Origin: Geosiphon pyriformis uo1
Taxonomy: Eukaryota > Fungi > Glomeromycota
DNA: 30,020 bases
NCBI GenBank assembly: GCA_016748015.1
Contig: JAAOMT010000351.1
Location: 25,329 to 55,348 of the forward strand
Direction of reading: 5' to 3'
Within the stretch, counting starts at the first letter, position 1, and every line of letters starts with the position of its first letter. The notes below the pieces were generated by a model, which did no database searches, was not told where the DNA came from, and worked only from the letters and a program-made list of their open reading frames with translations. A program made the position numbers and the translations under genes. Positions 9,821-21,606 of the stretch are shown here, in pieces.

Positions 9821-10248
9821 CTAAAAATGTGTAATTACTTTGCTATAAAAATTAACTTTTTTACAAGAATTTTGTCTGTAAACTATTTTAATAATTATAT
9901 TAAAAAAAATAAAAAAAAATAATAGAAGTATAAAAGAAATAAAATTTTGTTAAAAGAATTGTTTTCTATTTAAATCTAAAGTTATTAATTAATTTTAAAA
10001 CATTAGTTAAAATTTCAAATATTAACTAATAAATTTTTGCATTTTTTAAGTATTTGGTTTTTATTTGATTTGTACTAAGAGACTTGTTCTAAGAAAAATA
10101 ATTCTCAAGTAAGATATCTATGATAAAATTATTATAAATAAGATACATTTTCTTAAAAAGAAAAGTTTTTCTTTTATACAACTTGTTGTAATACTAATTT
10201 ATAAACTTGTATTTTTCTTTTTGCTATAATTTCGATAAATTAAAGATA
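9821..10248 (-). repeat. Fragment of family-2 LTR; near-duplicate of ~12513..12918
   Basis: Near-identical to the 12.5-12.9 kb segment apart from a few substitutions and one ~21-bp indel; homologous to ~17452..17873. Confidence 0.8.
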
Positions 10249-10268
10249 NNNNNNNNNNNNNNNNNNNN

Positions 10269-11373
10269 AATAAGTATTTATTAATCCAATTGTTGTCTTG
10301 AATTTATTGTAAATTTGTTTTTGTATAGCTTTAAGAATAAGATTTGTTGTTTCAAATTTCGAATATCTACTCTTATTTTTGGGTTTTTTATCAGTGCTAT
10401 TTTTGATGTTAGTACTTTATGCATTAATTCTTTAATCAGTTAGTAAAGCAACAAAACAACAAAATAAAAATAAATAAATAAATAAAAGAAAAGAAAAAAT
10501 TAATATCCTGTTAATAGCCATGATCAAAAGCTATTGTTTCAGTATACTTAAGTGTTGAATGTTATCAACATAAAGTATTAATAATGGAAGAGTAATGAAA
10601 ATTTTTAATTAAATAATAATAATATAGATTAAATGATAATAAGTATGTTTTATTTAATATGGTTAATAAATTCATTTTAGTTAACAGTAACTATATGTGA
10701 AGTGAGAACTAATTAATAGATAAAAAAAAAAGCTAAATTAAAACTGAACTGAATTCTGTTTTTTTTTGTTTCTAATACTACTGCTATATATACATAATTG
10801 GTATTATATGAAATTTCTGGAATCTTGTGATTTCTTCAGAAAAATCCTGTAATTTTTTATAAAAAATCCTAGAATTCTAAAATTCTGGAATCCTGCAATT
10901 TCTTCAGAATAATCTTGAAATTCCTTTGTTATTATGTCTACTTCTGATTGGCAAATTTTTTAACTATACAATATTCCTAATTTTTATGAGTAATAATATT
11001 AAAGCTAAAGTTAAAGAAAAGCAAATTTGGTTAATCTTAAACAGTAAATCTGCCAAAAGTATTATTATCTACTAACTAATACAACAACTAAATTAAAATA
11101 TGGACAGATTAGTCCAAACAGTAATTGTAATAGCCAATAATATAAAAAAAATCCCAGTAAAAAAAATTAATAACTTTTTTTTCACAATTAATGGAATTAT
11201 TATTTTAATAAAAGTTTTAATAATGAATATATCTCAATATTAAACATTTATTAAAAATAATTGGCTTTTCAAGACCAATACAAACTTAGATTAAAAAACC
11301 CAAAAACTTAAAATTTCATATCAAAAACAATATATTAGAGTGCTTGTTATATGTAGTACTTTTAACAAATAAT
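10269..11373. repeat. Near-duplicate of ~13432..14535 (ORF3 fragment + unassigned repeat + protease fragment)
   Basis: Colinear over about 1.1 kb, differences mostly transitions; bounded by 20-N gaps. Confidence 0.9.
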
Positions 11374-11393
11374 NNNNNNNNNNNNNNNNNNNN

Positions 11394-12361
11394 AAAAGTC
11401 TTGGTAACTTATTTTCAGAGTGACTTCTTGTTTTTTTTATAGGGGTGATAGTTCTGTAAATAATTTACTACTGGGACTGTGGTTTCTTTTTGAATGTAAT
11501 TAATTTGACTTTCATTAATTGTTATGGATAAGTCAGGAAGTGTTTTCAAGGCTAACATTAACTTTTGGAATATTTGTTGAATATTTCGGGGAATAATCAT
11601 GATAAAATTGACTAATTATGAAAAGAGAGAATAAAGAAAATTATTTTTGAATATGAGGTTTTTATTTGTTTTTGGGTTTGGGTGTTTTTTGTAATTATTT
11701 ATTATTTTTTGTCTTTGTGTTTTTATTAAAGAATTATTGTAAAATTTAAGTGTTCAAGTTTGGTTGTTGTTCTATTATAATTATTGGTTCTAAATTTTGG
11801 GGAATATTTTCAGAATTTATTAAAAGAGAATGTGTACCAATTTGTAGAATTAATGTTTTAGGATTGTTTCTGGAATGATAGTGTTTCAATCTGTCTCCAT
11901 GTGTAACTTTTGCTAGTATTTTATCATCAAGTTTTAACTTATAAGATCCATTGCCTAGAATTTTGTGAATATAAAATGGTCCATCGCATTTGTTTTTAAA
12001 TTTTCTACTCCATTGTTTTTCAGTCTTAATTCTGTGTAAGAAAACTTTATTTCCAACTTTAAATTCGTTGATAATGGGTGGTAATTTGTTGTCATGTCTT
12101 TCTTTTTGTTGAGCTTGGGAATATTCAATATGAGTTGCTGCTATTTTTCTTTTTTCTTCCAGTGTACTGAAAAGAATATAGGCCCTTCTTTGGAGTGTTT
12201 TTTGAAAGTTTTTTTTATTGATTGGTTGTACTGGATATGTTTCTACTGTGAAATTAATTGGTAATGTTGCTGTCTTTTCATAAGTAAGATCAAATGGTGT
12301 GTGTTTCATAGTATCTTGTTTTAGTGTTCTGTATGCTAGTAACACTGATGGAATAAAGATA
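11394..12361 (-). pseudogene. Family-2 Gypsy integrase C-terminus and start of ORF3; near-duplicate of ~18276..19243
   Basis: LLAYRT...TPFDLT..., CDGPFYI...GNGSYKL GPY/F motif; ORF MIIPRNIQQI matches 18274..18483. Confidence 0.9.
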
Positions 12362-12381
12362 NNNNNNNNNNNNNNNNNNNN

Positions 12382-13206
12382 TAACTGAATTTATTTTTAA
12401 ATTATCTTCTATAATTTAAAATACTGGATTTATAAGTAGAATAGCTGATTTTATGCCAATTACTTTATAATAAAAGTTAACTTTTTTTTAGAAATTACTT
12501 ATCTGAAAGCTTACTAAAAATGTGTAATTACTTTGCTATAAAAATTAACTTTTTTACAAGAATTTTGTCTGTAAACTATTTTAATAATTATATTAAAAAA
12601 AATAAAAAAAAATAATAGAAGTATAAAAGAAATAAAATTTTGTTAAAGGAATTGTTTTTTATTTAAACCTAAAGTTATTAATTAATTTTAAAACATTAGT
12701 TAGAATTTCAAATATTAACTAATAAATTTTTGTATTTTTTAAGTATTTGGTTTTTATTTGATTTGTACTAAGAGGCTTGTTCTAAGAAAAATAATTCTCA
12801 AGTAAGATATCTATGATAAGATTATTATAAATAAGATATATTTTCTTAAAAAGAAAAGTTTTTCTTTTATACAACTTGTATTTTTCTTTTTGCTATAATT
12901 TCGATAAATTAAAGATACATTTTGACAAACTACAAGTTATTTCTGCAAACTATTAACTAAAAAGTAAACTATTTATTATTTTGTTAAATTTCTGCAAATT
13001 TTGGCAAATTTTTAAATGTTACATAATTCAAAATATTGTGTAATTTGATCATTTTATTTTTATTGTACAAATTAGATTATAGTAATATTTAATAATTTGA
13101 TTAAATAATAAGTAATAATTTAATAATAATAATATATATTAATTAATGATAAGAATTATAAGGGTAATTTTATGTTAATTTAATGATTAAAATTTTACTA
13201 ATAACA
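12382..13206 (-). repeat. Degenerate 3' LTR of a family-2 Gypsy copy (inner end at 13206)
   Basis: Homologous to 17307..17881. Ends CTAATAACA, the inverted counterpart of TGTTATTGG at 17216. Followed by a purine tract on the minus strand and the end of ORF3. Composite LTR length about 0.95 kb. Confidence 0.7.
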
Positions 13207-13525
13207 TAATTTTTTTCTCAAAACTGAGCTCTATTAAAATCCAAGTACTATCTGTAATATTGAAATAATAGTCCAAAATAATTCAAGTAATTTGGTCTGA
13301 AAATTGTTAAAATTTTAGTTTTATAAGTTTGTTAATATATTGAATCTTTATTGATTGAAATATTAAATTTTGTAGAACATTTTTACAAATATTAAATAGA
13401 TTATAAAATTTAAAAACTGCTTTAGGTTTGTAATAAGTGTTTATTAATCCAAATTGTTGTCTTGAATTTATTGTAAATTTGTTTTTGTATAGCTTTAAGA
13501 ATAAGATTTGTTGTTTCAAATTTCA
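13207..13525 (-). pseudogene. Decayed C-terminal part of family-2 ORF3 with PPT region
   Basis: KAVFKFYNLFNICKNVLQNLIFQSIKIQYINKLIKLKF matches RAAFRLYDLFNTCENVLQNLILQPMKVQYIGKLTEL at ~17904-18015. Confidence 0.75.
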
Positions 13526-13975
13526 AATATCTACTCTTATTTTTGGGTTTTTTATCAGTGCTATTTTTGATGTTAGTACTTTATGCATTAATTCTTTAAT
13601 CAGTTAGTAAAGCAACAAAACAACAAAATAAAAATAAATAAATAAATAAAAGAAAAGAAAAAATTAATATCCTGTTAATAGCCATAATCAAAAGCTATTG
13701 TTTCAGCATGTTTAAGTGTTGAATGTTATCAACATAAAGTATTAATAATGAAAAAGTAATGAAAATTTTCAATTAAATAATAATAATATAGATTAAATAA
13801 TAATAAGTATGTTTTATTTGATATGGTTAATAAATTCATTTTGGTTAACAGTAACTATATGTGAAGTGAGGATTAATTAATAGATAAAAAAAAATGCTAA
13901 ATTAAAACTGAACTGAATTCTGTCTTTTTTTGCTTCTAATACTACTGCTATATATACATAATTGGTGTTATATAA

Positions 13976-14085
13976 AATTTCTGGAATCTTGTGATTTCTT
14001 CAGAAAAATCCTGTAATTTTTTATAAAAATCCTAGAATTCTAAAATTCTGGAATCCTGCAATTTCTTCAGAATAATCTTGAAATT
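13976..14085. repeat. Imperfect ~21-bp tandem repeat (GAATCCTG..ATTTCTTCAGA), also at ~10812..10925
   Basis: GGAATCTTGTGATTTCTTCAGAA and GGAATCCTGCAATTTCTTCAGAA with related units between them. Confidence 0.6.
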
Positions 14086-14159
14086 CCTCTGTTATTATGT
14101 CTACTTCTGATTGGCAAATTTTTTAACTATACAATACTCCTAATTTTTATGAGTAATAA

Positions 14160-14750
14160 TATTAAAGCTAAAGTAAAAGAAAAGCAAATTTGGTTAATCT
14201 TAAACAGTAAATCTGCCAAAAGTATTATTATCTACTAATTAATACAACAACTAAATTGAAATATGGACAGATTTAGTCCAAACAGTAATTGTAATAGCCA
14301 ATAATATAAAGAAGATCCCAGTAAAAAAAATTAATAACTTTTTTTCACAATTAATGGAATTATTATTTTAATAAAAGTTTTAATTATGAATATATCTCAA
14401 TATTAAACATTTATTAAAAATAATTGGCTTTTCAAGACCAATACAAACTTAGATTAAAAAACCCAAAAACTTAAAATTTCATATCAAAAACAATATATTA
14501 GAGTGCTTGTTATATGTAGTACTTTTAACAAATAATCAGAAAAAGCCTCTATGTTCGAATTTAAAAAAAAAAGAAATACCAATTACTAAAACCTATATAA
14601 CTTTTGAATTAATATCTAATTGGACTAAAAAAACAAAACAAAAATTTTTTAAAGAAATTAGTAATTGAAATAAAGTTTGATATTATAAATTAGAATTACA
14701 GAAACAACTATTTTATATTTTACTTAAGTGTAAAAACTGCAACAAAAAGC
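14160..14750 (+). pseudogene. Heavily decayed family-2 protease and start of Cys-rich region
   Basis: KAKVKEKQIWLILNSKSAKSIIIY corresponds to KAIVEEKPIRLILDNGSAGSIITY. Ends at KCKNCNKK, where the LINE begins. Confidence 0.8.
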
Positions 14751-14911
14751 ATATTTAAAAAACTTCTTTCTCTTCTTTGTTCTAATTTCTCAAAAAGCAA
14801 ATTTTGAAAAAGAAGTTTTTTTGTTTTTATTCTACTTGTTTTATTACTTTTACCATTTCTCAAGCTAATAACCTATTTGTGGTAGATCTGAAGGCTGCTT
14901 TGAGTAGCAAT

Positions 14912-16773
14912 ATGTCTAAGAAAAAGACACCTAAAGGTGCTCTTCATGGTCCTATTGGTGGAACTTTCTCTTAGAAAAAAAAATCTCTGTTAGCAATATC
15001 AAACACTCTGGTGATAAAAAAAAAATTTCTCTGACCAAATTTAATATCAATGAGAACATATATTCAGATATAAACAGTGAGTTTAGTAACAATAAGCTTG
15101 ATGGTACTGAGTTGAGTTCAGGTGGTGCTTCTTTTCTTAGTTTGGCTGTAACAACTCCCAAAGCTAAGAAAGTTATTATTGATTTGGTCAGTGGCTTCCT
15201 TATTGGTACTATTGATTTTGGAATGAATGAGAACATAATTCACCTCCCTCTCCCTCTCAATATTTCTCTTGAAAAAAGATGGATTGATTCTAAAGTAGTA
15301 AAAACTCAGGTTGAAGTGCCCATCAAAAAATCTTTTGCCTTAGATATCAATCTTTCTGCTGTAAAAGAGAAATCAGTAACAGCAAAGACTCAGTTCATTA
15401 GGAAATTTTTTTCTTTAGTCAATGGTTTTGGGGGGATCACTACCTCCTCAAAATTTGAAGAGATCATCTGATCTACATTTACTTATGACAAGAGTTTGAT
15501 TAAAGCTATATCATTGACCAGAGAAAAGAGGATTATCACTAACAGTGATCTCAAAAAACAAAAAATTTGCTCAAATCAGGCTGTGGTCATTAAAAGAATT
15601 TTCATGGACACACCAAAGGAAATGATTGTCACTGCTCTAGCTGAGTTTGGCAAAATTAAGTCGATCAAAATCTAACTTATTGAATTGTGGCAAAAAGCTA
15701 TGGTAGAATTTGTTAAAATAAGTCAAGCTATACAATTGGCTACTAAATAGTCTTTTTTGATTAGAAAAAATTCTGTGTAAATGGCTATAACTATAAAAGA
15801 TTGTAAAACATAAGCATCAAGAGACTGGTTCAGGGCTTGGTTGTTTACTTTGCCTGTAGAAACAACTGCTCATAATTTGAGCACTTTTTTGAAAGGAGCT
15901 AGTGGGAAAACTTGTATTATAAATTGTTTATTGAATTCTGGCAATAGAATTTACTGTGCTGTGGTTGGCTTTAAGTCTGAGAATGCAATAGAATCTGCTT
16001 ATTGCACTAAGCTGATATTTGGTGGTGTTAAACTTTCTTGGGCTAGACTGAATTTGGTTTGTTGTGAGAGATGTAAGTTTCTTGGTCATTCTGCTTTGAA
16101 ATGTGGTGCACCACTTGCATTCACTCCTAAGTCTTCAAAGATTGTTAGAAAAGTCACCTCAGTAGAACATTGTCTTTGGCTAGCCAGGTTGTATGCAAAG
16201 AAAACTGTCTCTATCTCCCATCTTGCCACTTTTGGTGGCAAGTTGTAAATGCAGATCATGTCACTCAATTCTTCTTCTGATAGTTCTCCGTCTTACATGG
16301 CTTTTTTGGTGTCTTTTGGTAATAGTTTGTTTTCTGGTGCTAGGATTTCTTCAGTGATCTCTGCTCCCTCTGGTGACTCTGCTTTACATGACCATTTATT
16401 TTTTTTGAAGTGCTCTTTAGAGCTCTTGGCAGACCAAGTTTCTGATATTTTGAGAAAGCTGAACAATATTGAATTAGTGTCTCTGGCATCTTTGCTTCTT
16501 GTCCCTCCTCCTATAGCTTCTATATCCTTGGTAGTGGACATAGATTTGGATATAACTTTGGATGATGCTTTGATTCATTTTATTCTCCTTTCTATGGTTG
16601 TTACTAATACAGTTGCTGACATTAGCTTAAACAGTTCTAAGGTTTTAACCACCAAGGTGGGAGGTTTGAAATCTAAGATGATGGCTCTAGAAGTGTCAGT
16701 TAAGTCAGTCTTAGAGAGATTAGATTACTTGTGTTCTAACTTGAATTTGTTTGTTCCTCCTACTTTTCAATAA
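14912..16773 (+). pseudogene. LINE ORF1 (two RRM-like segments, CX2CX4HX4C knuckle, C-terminal coiled-coil-like region)
   Basis: AVVIKRIFMDTPKEMIVTALAEFGKIKSIKI...AMVEF; LFTLPVETTAHNL...AVVGF; CERCKFLGHSALKC at 16063-16104. Stops and a frameshift present. Confidence 0.78.
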
Positions 16774-17215
16774 GTAATTTAGTTTGGAAATTTGCTACAT
16801 GTAATATTAGAGATATAAATGTTCCTGCAAAGCAAGAAGACATTGTTTGTTGGCATAAAAAATTAGGAAATATGGTTTCAATTGTTACAGAAACCAAATT
16901 GAGATCTAATATTAGATCTTGGATTATAAATAAGTTTGATGGAATTCGGATTTTCACTTCTGGTTTGGGTGTAAGTTTTTTTGGTACTGAAGTTGCCATT
17001 ATTATGAACAGTTCTTTGGTTTGGCATGTTTCAAAGATGAACAAAATTCCTGGTCGGCTGATTTTTGTTCATTTTTTATTTAAAGACAAGCTTTTGGTTA
17101 CAATCTTAGGCCTGTATACTGGTGCTTCTGTTAATACATATTTTAGCCAAACTTCTTTTATTAACTCCTTGATCTCTAAAGCAGCCAATTCTAGCTCATT
17201 CACAGTCATTAATGG
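16770..17215 (+). pseudogene. LINE ORF2 N-terminal apurinic-type (APE) endonuclease fragment
   Basis: WKFATCNIRDIN (NVRG), IVTETKL, GTEVAII, GRLI, ILGLY, ending FTVING just before the expected GDFN motif. Confidence 0.82.
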
Positions 17216-17883
17216 TGTTATTGGAGGTTTTTGGTCTTTTTTTTTGAATGTTGTAAATATCTGTTGGTTGCAAATTCACATTTTTTAGAAGTAGTTGAAC
17301 CTCCAATAATTGAATTTATCTTCAAATTATCTCCTATAATTTGAACTGCTGGGCTTATAAATAGAATGACCAATTCCATGCCAGTTATTTTATGTAGTTA
17401 CATTGCAGTGAACATTAACTTTTTCTCAAGAATTGCTCATCTGGAAGCTCACTAAAAATGTGTAGTTACTTTGCTGTAAAAGTCAACTCTTCTACAGAAA
17501 TCTCATCTGTAGGCTACTTAATAATTATAGTAAGAAAATAAAAAAAAATAAAAGAAATGTAAAAGAAATTGAATTCTGTCAAGGAAAACGTTTTCTATCT
17601 AGACCTGGAGTCACTAACAGTTTACTGAAATTGGTAGCTAATCAATTTCAAAACATTAGTTGGGTTTTGGGAATTTTCCAAGTGCAATAATTAAAGAATT
17701 TGGTTTTTCAAATTATTTGATATTTATTTCTTTTTGTGTGTATAAGAGTGATAAATTTAAAATAAGATACATTTCTTTGAAAAAAAAAGCTCTTCTTTTA
17801 TACAACTTGTTGTAGTACTAGTCTATGAACTTGCACTTTTTCTCTTTGCTCAAATTTTGGCAAACTAAAGATACATTTTGATG
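17216..17883 (-). repeat. Outer part of the family-2 3' LTR
   Basis: Begins TGTTATTGG exactly where LINE homology stops; homologous to 12382..12925. Confidence 0.7.
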
Positions 17884-17903
17884 NNNNNNNNNNNNNNNNN
17901 NNN

Positions 17904-18483
17904 TTCAGTTCTGTGAGTTTGCCAATGTATTGGACTTTCATTGGTTGCAGTATTAGATTTTGTAGAACATTTTCACAAGTATTAAACAAATCATAGAGTC
18001 TAAAAGCTGCTCTAAGTTTGTAGCAAGTGTTTGATGGTCCAGCTGCTGTTTTGAATTCATTATGAATTTGTTTTTGTATAGCTTCAAGAGTGAAATTTGT
18101 TGTTTTAAGTTCCAGTTTTCGTTCATAAAGTGTCTTTCCAATGTGAAAGTATTTATAGATAGGGGTGTGTTTATTGTTTTGTTCATTGAGAAGTAGTAGA
18201 AGTTTTTGTTGCATTGTAGTATTTGGTGGAATGTCAATAGGGACAATTAAAAGATTTTCTTCTAGTGTTTGCTTTAAAAGTCTTGGTAACTTATTTTCAG
18301 AGTGACTTTTTGTTTTTTTTTATAGGGGTGATAGTTCTGTAAATAATTTACTACTGGGGCTGTGGTTTCTTTTTGAATGTAATTAATTTGACTTTTATTA
18401 ATTGTTATGGATAAGTCAGGAAGTGTTTTCAAGGCTAACATTAACTTTTGAGATATTTGTTGAATATTTCGAGGAATAATCAT
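17904..18483 (-). pseudogene. Family-2 ORF3 downstream of integrase, unknown function
   Basis: MIIPRNIQQ... joins, through a homopolymer frameshift near 18310, an open frame KSHSENKLPRLLKQTLEENLLIVPIDIPPNTTMQQKLL...YFHIGKTLYERKLELKTT...; cut by a gap. Confidence 0.68.
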
Positions 18484-18628
18484 GATAAAATTGACTAATT
18501 ATAAAAAGAGAGAATAAAGAAAATTATTTTTGAATATGAGGTTTTTATTTGTTTTTGGGTTTGGGTGTTTTTTGTAATTATTTACTATTTTTTGTCTTTG
18601 TGTTTTTATTAAAAAATTATTGTAAAAT

Positions 18629-19770
18629 TTAAGTGTTCAAGTTTGGTTGTTGTTCTATTATAATTATTGGTTCTAAATTTCGGGGAATATTTTCAGAATT
18701 TATTAAAAGAGAATGTGTACTAATTTGTGGAATTAATGTTTTAGGATTGTTTCTGGAATAATAGTGTTTCAATCTGTCTCCATGTGCAACTTTTGCTAGT
18801 ATTTTATCATCAAGTCTTAACTTGTATGATTTATTGTCTAGAATTTCGTGAATATAAAATAGTCCATCCCATTTGTTTTCAAATTTTTTACTCCATTGTT
18901 TTTCAGTCTTAGTTCTGTGTAAGAGAACTTTACTTCCAACTTTAAATTCGTTGATAATGGGTGGTAATTTGTTGTTATGTCTTTCTTTTTGTTAAGCTTG
19001 GAAATGTTCAATGTGAGTTGCTGCTATTCTTTTTTTTTCTTCCAGTGTACTGAGAAGAGTATAGGCCCTTCTTTGGAGTGTTTTTTGAAAGTTTTTTTTA
19101 TTGATTGGTTGTACTGGATATGTTTCTACTGTGAAATTAATTGGTAATATTGCTGTCTTTTCAAAAGTAAGATCAAATGGTGTGTGTTTTGTAGTATCTT
19201 GTTTTAGTGTTCTGTATGCTAGTAACACTGATGGAATAAAGATATCCCATTTTTGCTCAAAATCTGTTGAGACTTTGGCCAACAATTCACACAATGTTCT
19301 GTTGAACTGTTCTACAAGTCCATTTGTTTGAGGGCAATAAGGCGATGATAGAGGTCTTTTGACATTGAATTGTTCACAAATTTCTTGTATTAAGTTGTTC
19401 ACAAAATGTGTTCCTTGATCAGATAAGAGTTCAATTAGACATTTATGTCTACAAATAATGTCTTTATAGATGAAATTTGCTACTGATTTTGCATCTGCTC
19501 TTTGGATGGCTCTAGCTTCAGGCCATTTGGTAAGATAATCTACTGCTACTGCAATATAATGATTTCCTTGGGTTGTGATAGGTAATGATCCGACTAAATC
19601 AATTCCAACTCTGTCAAACAGTTGTCCAACTTTGATTGGATTTAAAGATTCTGTGGGGTGAGTTCTTCCTCTTTTTTGACAACTATTACAAAATTCTATA
19701 TATTGTTGAATGTTTTTTTGCATGTGAGGCCAAAAATAATGTTCAAGAGTTCTTTGAATTGTTCCATCTC
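18629..19770 (-). pseudogene. Family-2 integrase (HHCC end, DDE core, GPY/F)
   Basis: CNSCQ, RVGIDLVG, AVDYLTKWPEA, LSDQGTHF, PQTNGLVEQFNRTL. Confidence 0.93.
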
Positions 19771-19790
19771 NNNNNNNNNNNNNNNNNNNN

Positions 19791-21586
19791 CTCTGTTGTT
19801 AACTGATTGTAGACCTGAAATATTGATTAAGGGTAGGTAAATTGCTTGAGCAATTTTTTCAGCATGTTCAATCTTAAATGGTTTGTTTGTTTCATTCTGC
19901 AACATGATGGTAATGTCTCCAGTGTATCCTGCATCTATAACTCCTCCTCTAATATTGATCCCTTTGCTTGCCAATGATAATCTGGAGGCAATTTGAACCA
20001 TTGCTCCAGGTAGAATTTCAAGAGCAATTTTGAGATTGATTTTTGTCAAAGACTTTGGTTGGAGAACCAAGGTATCTTTTTCTGGGTATCTTAGGTCATA
20101 TTCGGCATCAATTTTGTGTGCTTTTTCTGGTCTGATTCCTTGGCCATAGTTGTCAAAATATTTAAGTTGTAGAGGTGGTTGCTTTTTAAGGAGATAAATA
20201 GGGGTGGTTGGTAGTTTTTCTACTAGTTTGGATACTCCAAATTCGATTTCATTTTCATCATTCTCCTCTAGCAGGAGAATACTAAGAGCATAGCATTCTA
20301 AACACCATTTGTTATCACAAGACATAATGCATTCTTTACACAATTGAATGTTTATTTGTTCTAATTGTTGAATTTGAGCTTCTTGAATTGGATATGTGTG
20401 GCTTGCAATTTGGTGGTAGGTTTCTACTTCATCTTCATAATCAAATCCAGCTAATTCCATAGTATACTCAATGTATTCAGCTTCTTTTATTTGGTGGACA
20501 TCTTTTTGGGTGGCTCTATTGCTCAATGCTATTGCTAGGTCAAAAATTATTTCAGCATCATGAGGGTAGTGGTAAAGTTTATTGAGAGCACTATTGTATG
20601 CTGCATCAAATGGTGTTTCTCTTCTGACTTTTTCCAAAATTGATAGAGCATATTGACAGGTTTGATCACATACTCCTCCTCTCATTGCTACATCAATCTA
20701 ATTGCATTCTTCTGGTAGTCTTTCTCCACAAGTAAGACAAGAAGTTTTGTCCCATTTTCCACTTCTTTTTAGGAATCTAAATCGTTCTCTATGGCATGCC
20801 TTGCAGAAGTAACAAGTGTGAGTTTTGTATTTCTCTTCTGGGGAAATACAGGCTTTTATAGATGAAAGCTTCTTTTTGCAATCTTTGCATTTTAGTGGAA
20901 TATATAGTGGTTTTTTTTGTGGTTTTGGTGTGGAATATCTAACTTTCTTTCATTCTCTTGATTCTTCGAAAATCTTTTGTTCTGTTTCCTCAGCCCAATT
21001 GGATGATGATTCAAGAGCCATGTAGGTTTCAGTGAGTGGCATTTTCTTTTCTTCTTCAAATTCAAATACTGGAGCTTTTTCTGATTGTTTGTTAAAGGTA
21101 CCACAGGTTGCAGATACTATGGTATATTGTCCTTGGTATGAAATTTTAAGTTCTTGAGTTTCCCAGTTCAGGTTTGCATTGGCCTTGAGAAGCCAATTAT
21201 TTCCGACTAGAGCTTGGTATTGGGGTGCATCTATAATAAGAACTTTAACTGGAATGATGATTCCATCAATTGTAAAGAGAAAATCATCAATTTTTCCTAC
21301 TGAAGTCTTCTTCATACCATCAGCTGTGACAATAATTGTTTGAGCTGGTCTGTCTACATTTTGTTTGAGTTGTTGTATCGGCTGGTAAGTAATAATACTT
21401 CCAGCTGATCCATTATCTAAGATTAAGCGAATGGGTTTTTCTTCCACTATAGCTTTTGTGTACATAGCAATAATTGCTTTCTGTTTATTGACTGCTGCAT
21501 TACTAAGCAGAAATGGTAATTCATTTGCTTCAAATTCAAATGGAAATATATCTGACAAATTGGCATTTTGGGCAATTTGAGCTGGT
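19791..21586 (-). pseudogene. Family-2 pol N-terminal part: protease, multi-CxxC region, dUTPase, in one frame
   Basis: LILDNGSAGSII...ALVGNNWL; CKDC, CYFCKAC, CLTC, CDQTC, CKEC...CLEC; DAEYDL, SRLSLASKG, GVIDAGYTGDI, KIAQAI. Only two stops (TGA, TAG) between the listed ORFs. Confidence 0.9.
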
Positions 21587-21606
21587 NNNNNNNNNNNNNN
21601 NNNNNN

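Larger units (their letters stand above)
14751..17215 (+). mobile_element. LINE (non-LTR retrotransposon), 5' half, truncated by a family-2 LTR
   Basis: Pyrimidine-rich leader, ORF1 with RRM-like segments and a CCHC knuckle, then the N-terminus of an APE endonuclease. Confidence 0.85.

Noticed and set aside
13017-13259. Apparent small solo LTR (TGTTACA...TGTAATA) with TTAAA/TTGAA flanks
   Set aside because: Better explained as the inner end of the family-2 3' LTR (ending 13206) plus the PPT region and ORF3 end; the matches are likely chance in AT-rich DNA.
17230-17520. Minus-strand read-through frame faintly like a MADS box (RAILEKK...LHKITGMELVILFISP)
   Set aside because: Needs several stop reversions and a gap, lies within the LTR, and other frames look equally plausible.
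19696-19790. Apparent dUTPase-integrase fusion in ORF 19696..20685
   Set aside because: The ORF runs through a 20-N gap; the contiguous copy at 21607..24736 shows dUTPase followed by RT.
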